Below are positions 24,929 through 36,560 of a DNA stretch of 64,000 nt, piece after piece. The stretch comes from Glycera tridactyla. Its lineage: Eukaryota. The position numbers and the translations under genes are program-made. Numbering within the stretch: position 1 is the stretch's first letter; each line of letters begins with the position of its first letter. The DNA is taken from assembly GCA_965644265.1 (NCBI GenBank), contig OZ286468.1, positions 66,774,001 through 66,838,000 on the forward strand, read 5' to 3'. Below the pieces are notes generated by a model that did no database searches, was not told the DNA's origin, and saw only the letters and a program-made list of their open reading frames with translations.

Positions 24929-27900
24929 GATAATACTTGTCTAGGACCCGTATAGACATATCCAGGTGGGTGTGAACTTCTCACTCTTGGGCAATTCGAA
25001 ATATGAGCAAATTCAAAATGGCTGCCAATTGGATGATAAGATATTCATATGAAAGCCATCATGGTCGCTTCGATCTTCCTTTGAATGATATAATCCTCAT
25101 TTCTAATATTGAGGTATTCACAAATGATAATTTGTAATTTTGAGTTACTTTGGTAAGCAGTGGAATTCAAAATGGCTGCCAGATAAGAAATTTCTTCAAC
25201 AAAATCAGAACAGGTATACAACCCGAGATTCTTGGATACAGTTTTTTTTCCTCCTGATAATTCATGTCTGAGACCCATATTCTCACCCTTGGGCAATTTG
25301 AAATATGTGAAAATTCAAAATGGCCACCAATCGAATGATCAAGATATACATATAAAGGGTACTATTGGCCACTATTACCTTCATTTGAATGACATTTTCC
25401 CCATTTTCAATGATAGATTGCTATGACTGATAATTCAGGTGAGTTTCAGTTAATTTGATGAACTGAAGATTCTAAATGGGAAATTGGGAAATTGCTTGAC
25501 CAAAATTGGTCATGAGAGCACTTGCATGCTCAACTTTGATACCAGCATTTAAATTTTTCATGTTCAATCATCTGTAATAATCATTCAATGAAGTTTTAGC
25601 TATTGGGGTCAGGTGAATTTAGAATAACACCCATAAAACTCAAAATTGCTCTGCACCTGAATGAGCTCGACGAGAAACTTGATGGCTCAACTCTGTACAG
25701 TGTCCAATTTGAACATCAATGCATACATTTTCCATATTCAGCATCTAGCTTATTTCTTGAATATAATATTTTGAGGTACTTTTTGGTCACTTGAGCATCT
25801 TGAAATTTGGAATGTCTGCCTCCAACCTCGAATTGTCCACTGCTAAAGACACTTATTTACATTTGCGTCAGCTCAGTCCCATGTAATTCCTCTGTTCCAA
25901 TAATTTATGTCATATATTTTCATTTTTGAGAGCTGAATGATGAGCTGAATGATGGAAAAGTGTAAGTCCAAGTTCCAGTGTAGGGTTGGGTGCAATGATA
26001 ATGAACAATGCTCATCTAATGGAGATAATATCTGAATTGAATCAATCATCAAGGCCAGCATGCTTCACAGTGATGATCTACATGTGGGGCTTGGCCAACG
26101 GCTTGCAGAGAATGATCTACATGTGGGGCTTGGCCAACAGCTTGCAGAGAATTATCTACATGTGGGGCTTGGCCAGCAGTTTGCAGAGAATGATCTACAT
26201 GTGGGGCTTGGCCAGCAGCTTGCAGAGAATGAACTTCTCACAACAAAACATTATATAACACTTCAAGCTATTCAAAATGTCCTGAAGCACCCAAACCCAC
26301 TCCTAAGAAGTCACACAGCTCACACTCATCATTTTACTTCATCACAAACTGCCTCTATTGTGTGGAGAAATGTGATTTACTGAAAGACCTAAAGAACCCT
26401 GATAAGATGGAGGCCAGCTTTCGAATGCTGAGTGTCAGAACATGGAAAATTACAATATGAATATATTTTGGAGAAGTGTGATTCTTGAGATGATGAATGG
26501 GCCATTCTGCCTTTTTCAGCTCTGACATGATTCATAATGGTTAGGACAGGTTTTATTAGGCATGTGAGCCATGACTTGTATGTCCTACTCTGTGATGTTG
26601 CAAAATCATATGTTTGTTCAAGGTTTGCCATGCATCTCATTCATTTCAATACTTCCAATCAGTTTCCCTGGTAATGTGGTCTCAAGTTTGCTTTGAGATC
26701 AAAGCGAGTAAGATGTGAACTGTATTAGAGACTGACTCAGTTACTAGTTCGGTAGCTAGTTCCAGTCTGCACTTGGATTTATCCAGAGAAATCGCTGCTT
26801 AGTCTTCGACAACTCATTTGGTGAACTTCTGGCTACTTGTATCGATATTGACATCATCTTCTATCTTTGCAATCTGCTATGATACAGATGCCGGATTCTG
26901 TAATACTATGATGATAGCATATCCTTGTGAGGATCAATTGAACAAGTCAAAATTGAAATATCTACAGAACTTTCCAAGTAATTGGCTACTCTGTGTTGAT
27001 TGGAAATGAATCTGATCACACTGTCTTGCCATCTGTACCCGCTCACCCCCACTAGATGTGAATCGACACTGCACCTAGAATACTAATACACACTTCTGTA
27101 GGCCACTCAATATCTCGAGCATCACACTTCTCTAAAATATATTTGTCATGTTCTGACTCAGTTGATTCGCACACAAAAGTTGGCCTACATCTATCAGGGT
27201 GCTTTAGGTCCTTTTGTACATCCCATTTCTCCGTTCAATAGAGGCAGAAATAAAATGATGAATTTGATCTATTTGACTTCTTAGGAGAGGCTTTGGGAGC
27301 TTCAGGACATTTTGCATAGCTTTGAATGTTACGTGATGAGATCTACTGAGTCAAGCAGTTCTCGAGATTTATTGTGAGATACTTATTCTCTGCCAACTGG
27401 TGGCCAAGCCCTATATGCAGATCATCACTGTGAAGTTTGCTGGCCTTGATGATTGTCTCAATTCTGACATGACCTCTGTTAGATGAGCTCCGTTTATTAT
27501 TGTTGCACTTGTCCCCATATTGGAATTTGATCACACACTTTTCAATCATCCAGCACCTGAATTAAGCAAATATGAAAATGTATAAACAAATAACAGGAAC
27601 AGATCAAATTATATCGGAATGAGATCATACTCATGGGCTAGTCCGAATGTAAATTAGTGTCATGAGCAGTGGCCAGATGAATTTTCGTGGTTGCCATTTC
27701 AAATTTCAAGATACTCAAATAGCCACAAAGCACCCAAAGATATATGGAAAGTTTAGATGCTCAATATGGAAAAGGTATGCATCGGTCTTGGGAATGGGCA
27801 CTGTACCTGAGTTGAGGCATCAAAATATGTTGAAAGCTATTCACATGATCCATATTGAATTTCATGGGTGTCATTTTGAATTCTGACGTTATCACCTGCC

Positions 27901-28188
27901 CCAATGGCTGAATTTCATTGCTTACCTAAGTAAATCAAAATTATCTCAATCATCATTTGTGAATATCTCAACATTAAAATTGAGGGTTATATCATTCAAA
28001 TAAAGACCCATTTGGCCATATTGCAATTCATATGGGATCCTGATCATTCAATTGGCGGCCATTTTGAATTTGCTCATATTTCAAATTGCCCAAGGGTTAG
28101 AAGTTCACATATCTATATGGGTCCCAGACATGAATAATCAGCAAAGAAAAAATCTATATCAGAGAATTTAGGGTTAGACTCTGTTCTG
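24929..28188. mobile_element. Foldback-like element: long degenerate inverted repeat (arms ~24929-26503 and ~27101-28188, spacer ~600 bp)
   Basis: The reverse complement of 27101-28188 aligns block by block with 24929-26503, for example 24989-25030 vs 28052-28095, 25618-25850 vs 27660-27885, 26040-26100 vs 27395-27455 and 26350-26503 vs 27101-27250. No transposase or target-site duplication was seen. Confidence 0.75.
26073..26232 (+). repeat. 39-bp minisatellite, 4 copies
   Basis: ATGATCTACATGTGGGGCTTGGCCAACGGCTTGCAGAGA x4 with few substitutions. Confidence 0.95.
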
Positions 28189-28503
28189 CCGGACTAATTC
28201 GTGATATGTATGCTTCTTCCTGCCTTCTAAACAGTCAGGTCACCGAAACCAAAAGTTTAATCAGGCTCGCCACATCTCCGATTTTTAATCAGTTGGAGTT
28301 GTTCAGTACATATAGTAAGTCATTATATCTAATGATGCAACGAGCAACATGAGAGTAATTCAGAACTTAATTAATCAATGGATAGGGCAACTTTCCATAG
28401 CCATGACCGAAAGTAGAACCGAGTAGGATCCACTGACTTTTAATCGCATTTTCCAGCATAACGACCTTGCGTTGGTCACTACATCAGTCACAAAGAGATA
28501 TTA

Positions 28504-28740
28504 TACATATGGATCGATCTTGCTCACTACCAGTTCATAAGGCAGATCTTCTTCCACCATCATACATTCGCTCCTATTTCTGGAGTTATCAGTTGAGGAA
28601 ATATTTTTAGTTGTATATTTTTGGCTATATGCGGCGCTTCCAATATCTGTAGGTTGTGATATTGTAGAACTGCTTGTCAAGAACTCCTCTGGCGAATTCT
28701 TGTGATTATATCGATCAAGATGAATATGTCGAAATGATGG
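28504..28740 (+). pseudogene. Possible decayed class A peptide GPCR fragment (TM1 to TM2)
   Basis: RQIFFHHHTFAPISGVIS*GNIFSCIFLAIC..SNICRL*YCRTACQELL resembles TM1 (GN motif) and the start of TM2. Contains in-frame stops. Confidence 0.3.
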
Positions 28741-29526
28741 AGTGGTATTCGCCGATGCACCATCAAAATAAAACACTATTTGTACGTATGTGTAGGAAAA
28801 ACCTAAAGTATCAATCAGAAACACTACCTATCATCTGTCACATGCGATCATAAAAAAACACTTCTACCATCCATCTACACTTCCAGCAGAAATCGGGTCA
28901 GCGCTATTGAGCTGTCTCATATCTCACTACGCATGTAGCGCTATGCGTACACGGTTTGTGAACGAGCACACTGCCTTTGTTTGATTGGTCTAACAGTGCA
29001 GTTTTCTCACATGGCAGGAGGTCTCTTTCTGACATCTCAATCAGTTGCTATGGATATCTACGTAGGTCCAGAGGTCATACAGAGGGTGTCACATGTCCAT
29101 AGTGACTCTATGACTGCAGCTGCTATCAGTGCACTTCAATTTGAAATTGTATGGTCTAAACTGGGTCTTCCATATTTCAATGTGGGAAGTTGACAGCTTA
29201 GTGTTCATTTCATGTCTCATCGCATATATGATTTATAGTTCTTTAAAGTCCTATATAGTGAGAATCATGACTTGCTCTCATGATTGGTGTTCCCCATAAT
29301 TTGGTTCATACAAATTTCTGAAAATATATTGATCTCCGTAAATTGATACGTTTTCCAATGATGCCAATCGTATAAATCCTATCTGAGCTATACAAGGCCT
29401 CTCTCCCATTTTCTCATACGAGCCATGTCTACTATATGGTTCAGAGTAGAACATTCAAATGGTGTAGCGTAAATGAATATATATTCATCATTCATCTAGG
29501 CTCACCAACTACTGGCTGTCGTATCC

Positions 29527-29709
29527 TACAGTCAGTGAAGTCTACAGAGACCACCATTGTTTGCACCTGAAGTAGTTATCTATATACAGGTGGTATTTCT
29601 AAAGAGATTGTTTATTGTGGCTGTTTACTATCATGATCACCGCTCAGGATGGCTTTTGTAGATAGATTACCGCTGTAAATAGGTGGTCTCGCTAGCAGGT
29701 TCGACTGTA
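29527..29709. mobile_element. Tc1/mariner(pogo)-like MITE
   Basis: TACAGTC...GAGACCACC at the left end and GGTGGTCTC...GGTTCGACTGTA at the right, with TA at both termini. Confidence 0.65.
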
Positions 29710-30299
29710 CTTTTTACGTATATCACTGAACATGGAATAAAACTGAACGCGTCATGATATCAGAAATGGTGTGATGCTGACCATGGCATGATGATCAGCA
29801 TGGAGTAATGCTTAACGCGAAATGAAGCTGAACTCGAAACTTTACCAAACAAAACGATGTCAAACACAAACTAATAACTAGCGGGTTCAACTGAGGATTA
29901 TGATTATCACTACGTTGTTGGTACTTCCCCTGAGGTGATGTCATACATGCGGGGAGGTTGACAGTTGAATGGAGATCGCTCCCGTTATTATCGCCGATAT
30001 TTCCACCTACAAAGTGCACCTACGACGAAAAGAAAGAAGATCGTGCATAGACGTAACAGAAGTAGGGTCAGTGGATGTTGAAGGTGCAAACAGAAGAAAG
30101 AAGAACTCTGCAGTTGAATTGTTTTGGTTGACAAGAAGAGCTCTTCAAGGAGGGAGACACAAAAGGAAGTACTTTCTGTCATTCAACAGAGGGAAACTCT
30201 CCATTGTCGCCCACCCGGATCACTGGATATTGCAGAGACCCCAATACATAGGACTAGAGCCGAGTTGTCAGGTAAGATCTTTCTATTGTCTACCTGCGC

Positions 30300-31245
30300 A
30301 GTGACTGATGCCTAGCAATTGGTTAGCAGGCTATATTAGTAGACATCAGACTACAATTTCAACACCAGTGTTGGGAGTGTTGCTGAGAATGATACCGAAG
30401 AAAGCAAAAAGTTTAGCAGCCACTTGAAAAATCAGAACCAAGTGAAGAACCACCAGAAATCTGGCTTATTTGAACATGTAGATAGCAGATGCTCACAACA
30501 CTATTGCATAGAATGTATTGACATGTCCGCTCAAGAATATGAATGCACTGTGCTGACTGTTTCTGGTGTTGTCAAATCTGTGCTGAAGTGACGGACAACT
30601 TACTTTCACTCGAAATATACAGTGAAAGACATATACAGTAAAAGAGAACCAAGGGGTAGCTGACCCACCCAACTTCAGAAACATTGTGAAAGAAGCAATC
30701 ACCGGAAAGAAGAAAAGAAGAGGTGGACAGAGAATCAAGAGAAGCAAATGTCATGATTTTCAGTGCAAAAGACAGTGACAAGCCTACACCAGATGAGCGA
30801 AAACAAGAGGACATAATTCTTTGATACCCTGGGCAACAATGTCCTTGGAGATGGCAACTGACGGGGCAAGAAGCAAGGAGGGAGTGCAAACCAGTTGTTC
30901 TCTCAAGATCACCTTCAATGAGCTTGGTGACAAGTAGGAGTTTCATGGGTAACTTGCGAAAGCTGAGAGAAGATGAGATGCAGTAAGCTCATGCCCTTCT
31001 CACAGGTGTGACTATAACTATGGGGGAATTGACTAGGAGAGGTGGATCACTAAATCATCCAGTGCAGAGTCATCTGAAGCCCAGTTCCTAGAAGCGTGCC
31101 GAGATAGCTACCTGTACCAGCATGTAACTCAGCCTACTAGAGGGAGAGGCACCGACCAGCAAAATATCCTTGATCCAGTATTTTCAAATGAGGAGGGTAT
31201 GGTGTCAGAGTTGAAGCATCTCAGCCCACTCGGTGCAAGTGACCA
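30300..31245 (+). mobile_element. CR1 LINE, 5' part (ORF1 PHD/RRM remnants and APE endonuclease remnant)
   Basis: QHYCIECIDMS..CADCFWCCQIC (PHD-like), REANVMIFSAKDSD..ERKQED, DYNYGGID, and QFLEACRDSYLYQHVTQPTRGRGTDQQNILDPVFSNEEGMVSELKHLSPLGASDH. The 5' boundary is uncertain and may be near 30000. Confidence 0.8.
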
Positions 31246-31514
31246 TTTTTGATTTTGATTTTAAAACTTTTATTTGACATCACCATGCAGCAATTAGACA
31301 AGTACATACAAGTATGGTACATTGTTCATTTCCAGGATGACGATAACAGTTACACAAATACTCAAATAAGCTTGTAAGATGATGATGAGATGAAGAAATG
31401 ATGAGATGAGATGGTTATGATAATGTAATGAGATGATAAGATCTTGTATTTAGTTTTGAATTTGATCATACTTTCAAGTGTCGTAGTTCCTTTATAAATG
31501 ACTTTTGACTATTT

Positions 31515-31650
31515 TGCTTTACTATTGTGATACCTCATATGATGTTTTGAACGATGCGAACAGACTCCAAATTGATTCAGAATGCAGCTTGCAGGATAAT
31601 CCTGCAGGCAGACACTCTGCGCAACATCAGAGAAATGCACCAGGAAACAG
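31515..31650 (+). mobile_element. Short plus-strand L2 ORF2 fragment inside the 3' UTR of the antisense L2
   Basis: YCDTSYDVLNDANRLQ, then after a frameshift LIQNAACRIILQAD..IREMHQE. Confidence 0.55.
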
Positions 31651-32418
31651 GTAAACATCTGTGTCTTTCAGGGTATCCTTGACTGTCGATTAGATGTAAC
31701 TGACATGATCAGTTTGCCTTGTGGTTTATGCCCCTGCAGAAAGGGGAGATGTGTTCATGTGATACACTTTTTGTAATAAAATTTATGAAGCCTTATGAAC
31801 TTAAAGGTATCAGGCTTCATTACCGCAACAGGGCGGCTATCTACCGATAGATTCCAGTGCTTTGCCGTGCGATGTCTGAAATTTCTTTCACACAGTGAGT
31901 AATGCACTGTTTCAACCTTCAATGATGGTTTTTGTTTTGACCAGGTAGCATGTTCGTGACCATCCAATAATAGCTCACAAATAGGCGCACATTTAAAGTG
32001 ACTGACCAAGCTATTGTCAATGTGTATAATCTCATGCTCAGCACGACGGGATGACAAATGCATCAAACAAAGATCCAAATGAAGTTTGTCAACGCTATAT
32101 ATTCTCGGCTTTTTCGATATATAAGGCATCGCCATGTTTTGTACCTTTTGCAAGGTGTAGGCGTCCCGTTGTGACAAACAATTAAATACTATGTCTCCAT
32201 AGTCAAATTAACGTCTGATATAATTTGAGAGACATCTCTTGGCTCAGAACAGGACATAATCTTCCCAAGGTACCGGTTTTGCATATTGTACTAGACTTGA
32301 CATGCTGTACATGATATTTGAAGCTTAAACACGGGTCCACTACAACTTCTAAATAGCGCATGTGATCCACACGTAACAATTCCCGAGTGCTGGTTTTAAC
32401 ACTTACATCGTCAAATTT

Positions 32419-32545
32419 CTGGGAACTGAGATATGCCCATCAATCACAACCCTTTGTAAGCGGTTTGCAAGGGAGTCAGATCGCCAAGCAAGTATATCGC
32501 CAATGATGCCATAGTGCTCAACTTTACCTAATGATCTCTGATGAG
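32419..32545 (-). repeat. 127-bp inverted copy of 33391-33517
   Basis: Reverse complement matches at 126 of 127 positions. Confidence 0.95.
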
Positions 32546-32671
32546 CCAAGGTTCATCAATTTTGGTTAGGTTCAAAGATAATTTGTTCAACCTTATCCAT
32601 AAAATAACCATAGTCATCACATTATTCAAAGCTGTTTCCATGTATACAGGGTCTGGTGATATTATGCTATT

Positions 32672-34400
32672 AGTGTTGTTCTCCCTTTCAACTTCAACCG
32701 CCTTTCGAACCTCGTACCAAATACCTATATGACAGAGCAGACTATGGGAAGTAATGGAACATGAAGAATGTGTGTGAAAGAAAGACGTCTCCCAAAGTAT
32801 GTATAGCAACAATATTCCCCTGGACCCCAACAGCCTAAAGAAAGTTAGGAAGAAGCACAGAGCCTGGCAGCGTTCCATGGAGATGGAAGGGGGACAGGTT
32901 CACCAAAAGTTTTGTTGAGAGAGGAATCAGGTCAGGGGGATGAGAGAGGAATCAGGTCAGGGGAATGACAAGGGAACTCACAAAAGCAGTTTGAGATGAG
33001 TATCGCACCGTCTTCGAAATCTTTACCAAAGAAATTCTGGTCATATGTATATTCCAAAAGCAGAATGCGCCATATGATTCCTGAGCTGCAAATCCCAGGT
33101 CCTGTTCAAGTATTTGGCTTCTGTGTTTACCAATAAGCAAGCTGGTGAGGTACCAAAACTGCCAGCCCTTGAACTGGAATGTTCCTTAAACGACATTGAT
33201 CTTAGTGAGACACTTGTCCTGAAAAAGCTATGTCACCTCGACCTGTCGAAGTCTCCCAGCCCAGATACCATATCACCAAGAGTGCTGAGAGAAGTTCTGA
33301 AGGTTCTTGATGATTGGACAGAAATTCTAGACATGGGAGGGCAAATAGACCGTGTAATTCACAATTTCATGAAGGCTTCTGACAAGGTCCCTCATCAGAG
33401 ATCATTAGGTAAAGTTGAGCACTATGGCATCATTGGCGATATACTTGCTTGGCTATCTGACTCCCTTGCAAACCGCTTACAAAGGGTTGTGATTGATGGG
33501 CATATCTCAGTTCCCAGCAAGTCACGTGCGACATACCTCAAGGCTCGTTACTTGGCCCCTTACTCTTGTGATATACATCAACAACTTCGCAGATGACACA
33601 AAGGTATATACAGGAGAAAAAGCACCCTGCATGACTGGGAAATTCTCAAGAATGATCTAAGAACATTGGATGAATGGTCCAAAACCTGGCTGCTGTTGTT
33701 TCATGTGGAGAAATGTGAGGTGATGACACTCAGATCAAACAAGTACAGTGTACACTACCATATGGAAAATCAGAACAACCAAGAAATCAAGTTTGAATTC
33801 ACTGACAAGAGAAAAGACCTAGAAGTGCTAATGGACCGAACTCACGAGATCATTTAACCGACAAAGTCAATAGGGCCAACTCCCATATGGGCATCATCCG
33901 ACAAATATTCAAGCATATGTTTATGCTGCTCTTCAATTCACAAGTGTGTCCACATTTAGGATATGCAAACTTGGTCAGGTATCCATATAGGAAGAAGGAT
34001 AAGGCACTAGAAAATGTTCAGAAGAGAGATACCCACCAGATCCAGGGCCTCAGTCATGAAGTAAGGCTGCCGAAGCTCAAACTCCACATGCTGGCTTATC
34101 AAAGAGCAAGAGGTGACATGATTGAAGCATGTCTGGCAAGTATGATGAAGAGGCAGCGCAACTGATTCTCCATGGCAGGCATGGTGAACCCAGCACAAGA
34201 GGGAATGGCAAGAAATTTGAAGTAGTAGGTGGTGCAGAGGGCGGACAAAACATCTTCTTCCCTCTAAGAGTAGTATGAATGTGGAACAGGCTACCAGAAG
34301 AAGTCGTGTTGGCACCCTCGGTTGAGTCATTCAAGAGCCGTCTAGATGCATTTCTTGAAGATAACCAGCTGAAATATGACTACACATACACCGCCAACTG
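32672..34400 (+). mobile_element. CR1 LINE, 3' part (ORF2 RT remnant with many internal deletions)
   Basis: KYLYDRADY, PKKFWSYVYSK, SKSPSPDTISPRVLREV, FMKASDKVPHQR, WLSDSLANRLQRVVIDG, IPQGSLLGPLL, WLLLFHVEKC, RARGDMIE, WNRLPEEVVLAPSVESFKSRLD. Confidence 0.9.
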
Positions 34401-35134
34401 AATTGACTTCCTCGTTTTTCGCAACCTTTGTAACAAGATATGGATATAAAGGAGTCCATTGATGAATTGTATTGTCAATACAATATTGTACCCAGCTGAA
34501 CTTTGCTTTTGGCACACTTTGCACCAGAAGAGTGCCACATAATGGATATTGAAGTTGGCGCCAATGATTGCGCTGATTGGGATGTAATACTGGAGGAAAT
34601 TGCCGCGGTTGACCTTTGTACCAAGCATGAACTAATAGACACGAATGGGTGAATTCATGATTAGTCCATGCTAGAGTAAGGACTGGTAGTGTGTCGATCG
34701 AAGGTGGTGCCTGTTGTTGGACGGGTTTGTCATCGCCTCTGACTTTGACTGAAAGCACTCTCATATCTATGAAGATGGAAATTATCTCCTCTTATGTTGA
34801 GTCTAGGGTGTTGGGTGTTGGGAGTCTAGGGTGTTGGTATGCGTCGTCTTCCCGTACACCTCGTCGCTTGGCAGTAATCTGAGAGCATATCACCTCTGAG
34901 CTGGTATTTTCATTTTTTGCGCTTAGATCACGTGATGTTTGTGCACCAACGCGATTGGTCGTATAACAATCAAGTTCAAAGGTCAACTGGCAGTGACGCA
35001 CGTTTGATTGCCGCGTCACGGCAATAAACAAACCCTGCTCTTAGCTACCGTAACGCCGAGTGTGAATTCACTCACTTGTCTTGATAAACTGCATTAGAAA
35101 TTGATTCATCGGATGATAAGATCAGAATGTGATG

Positions 35135-35493
35135 CCGGGCACGTTGAGAGCGTACATGACTCATAGCGATCCCCGGGAAGGCACTCATGGCCTGCGGCCA
35201 CTGGTGCTCCCCCGAGGACCGCTACTTGCTGTGTACGCTCGCAACGTACCAGGCACTTGGGGCATTCTTGATAATTATACCGTAGGTAACCTGGTCAAGC
35301 ACAGCTTGCCACCAGAAATAGGTACGTGAATAGAAGGTGAAGATAGTAGATTTGTTGAGGTCAATGTGGAGAATACACTCCATACATATTCCACGTATAG
35401 GTCTCTTTTCGTCGGGGGACCATGGGAACCTGTCTTGAATAATTCCACCCATGCTCATCGCAACGGCGTCTCGATATAGTCCGGATGGCGCTA
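35135..35493 (-). pseudogene. Possible carboxylesterase type-B pseudo-exon (central part)
   Basis: After an AG acceptor at 35494-35495 the frame reads APSGLYRDAVAMSMGG (like GLFHRAIAMSG), ECIL, FWWQAVLD and IIIKNAPSAWY, then after a frameshift VAVLGG. Confidence 0.4.
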
Positions 35494-35789
35494 CTAGAAC
35501 ATAATCAAATAAACATTAATGTTGGAATTACACCAAGTATCCGAAATGAATGGATTCAAGTTAATATATTGATAATGATAATGTGATTCACGGAAATCTG
35601 ATAATGGAATTGTCTGTCCTTATACATATAGTAGAGCAGTTCGTGTGCATTACTACATGACTGCGCTGTTGACACGAGAAAGAAGCGCATTCCCGTCTTT
35701 TCAGTTCCATAATCGTGAAGAAGATGAGTAACTGGAGGAGTGGACCATGCCCTCCAGCCTAAGTGCTATCGATGTATCTTTAACAGGTG

Positions 35790-36000
35790 GTGGATAATGT
35801 TGCACGCTATTTCTTGCCCATCACAATGTGGTCTGCTGTTGGGGCATATATTGTTGAATGCCGTGACATGCGCTCATCAGTCATAGTTGACATTACGCCT
35901 CCCTCGGGTGTCAGTCTCTTGTTGTGGTATAAGCAGCCAGTCTACGGGCTCTTCAACTACGGTATGGATACGATCGATACCATCCTGATAAACATCAGAT
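35790..36000 (-). pseudogene. Possible carboxylesterase type-B pseudo-exon (N-terminal part)
   Basis: GIPY-like remnant, then EPVDWLLIPQ..GRRNV and AFNNICPN..DGQE..CNII, resembling PPVG.LR..PQP..GVRNAT.FG..CPQ..EDCL.LNI. Contains stops and a frameshift. Confidence 0.4.
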
Positions 36001-36292
36001 TTACATGATACTTTGGATCTGGCAGCGATTAAAGACTCCTCTTTAATTTTAGATTGCATCTGAAATATATGATATGCACCGAGTCACGCTAATAGGAAAG
36101 TGGTCGGAAATAAAATATTGCAGCTGCCAATTTTGGGGAGAACCAACCCAAAAATCTCATGAATCTTTGTAATCAGGTAATTTTTGTTTATTCCTCACAC
36201 ACACTCGTTATATGTCAGAAAATACATCCACAAAGGATCACTCCTTTTTTCTCTATGAAGGTCTAGATGACTTCTATGAATTCTATAATGTT

Positions 36293-36560
36293 CACCTCAA
36301 ATTGAGAAAGATGTAGGAGAAGTCTTCAAGCATTACACTGATAGCCCACAATCCAGCAGCTAGACGAATTATGTGATGATGTCCCCTCCAGACACGCGTG
36401 GTAAGTTGGATGAAATAGTGGCGGAGGTAGGCTCTATTTGCGGAGGTCCAGCGGCAAGTCAATATGTTCGCACCTGAGCTGATCGCAAACATAGCATCTC
36501 ATATTTGCTGGGCGAATACCGAGGTCACACTAGTCCAATTGCACGTTATTGTAGGAGAGA
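36293..36560 (+). pseudogene. Possible carboxylesterase C-terminal fragment, opposite strand
   Basis: VGEVFKHYTD..LDEIVAEVGSICG..ASQY..SISYLL resembles the HYTD..L.DIVGD..F.CP region. Two in-frame stops. Confidence 0.25.

Larger units (their letters stand above)
31246..32670 (-). mobile_element. 5'-truncated L2-group LINE inserted antisense into the CR1
   Basis: Minus strand reads LNNV..WIRLNKLSLNLTK, RYLEVVVDPCLSF, DYGDIVFNCLSQRDAYTLQKVQN and NFRHRTAKHWN. The poly(A) signal and (CAAAAT)n tail lie at 31246-31274. The CR1 frame SDH| resumes with |VVLPFNFN..KYLYDRADY after 32670. Confidence 0.8.

Noticed and set aside
26073-26232. 39-bp repeats as a CRISPR array or a repeat protein (ORFs 25986-26258 and 26060-26383)
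   Set aside because: The units are contiguous with no spacers, there are no cas genes and the context is eukaryotic. The ORFs are a by-product of a 39-bp period.
34380-34700. TMEM135-like N-terminal fragment on the minus strand (SCLLVHAW, YYIPISAII, NGLLYI..LRK)
   Set aside because: The resemblance needs a frameshift and rests on a few hydrophobic residues; too weak without a search.
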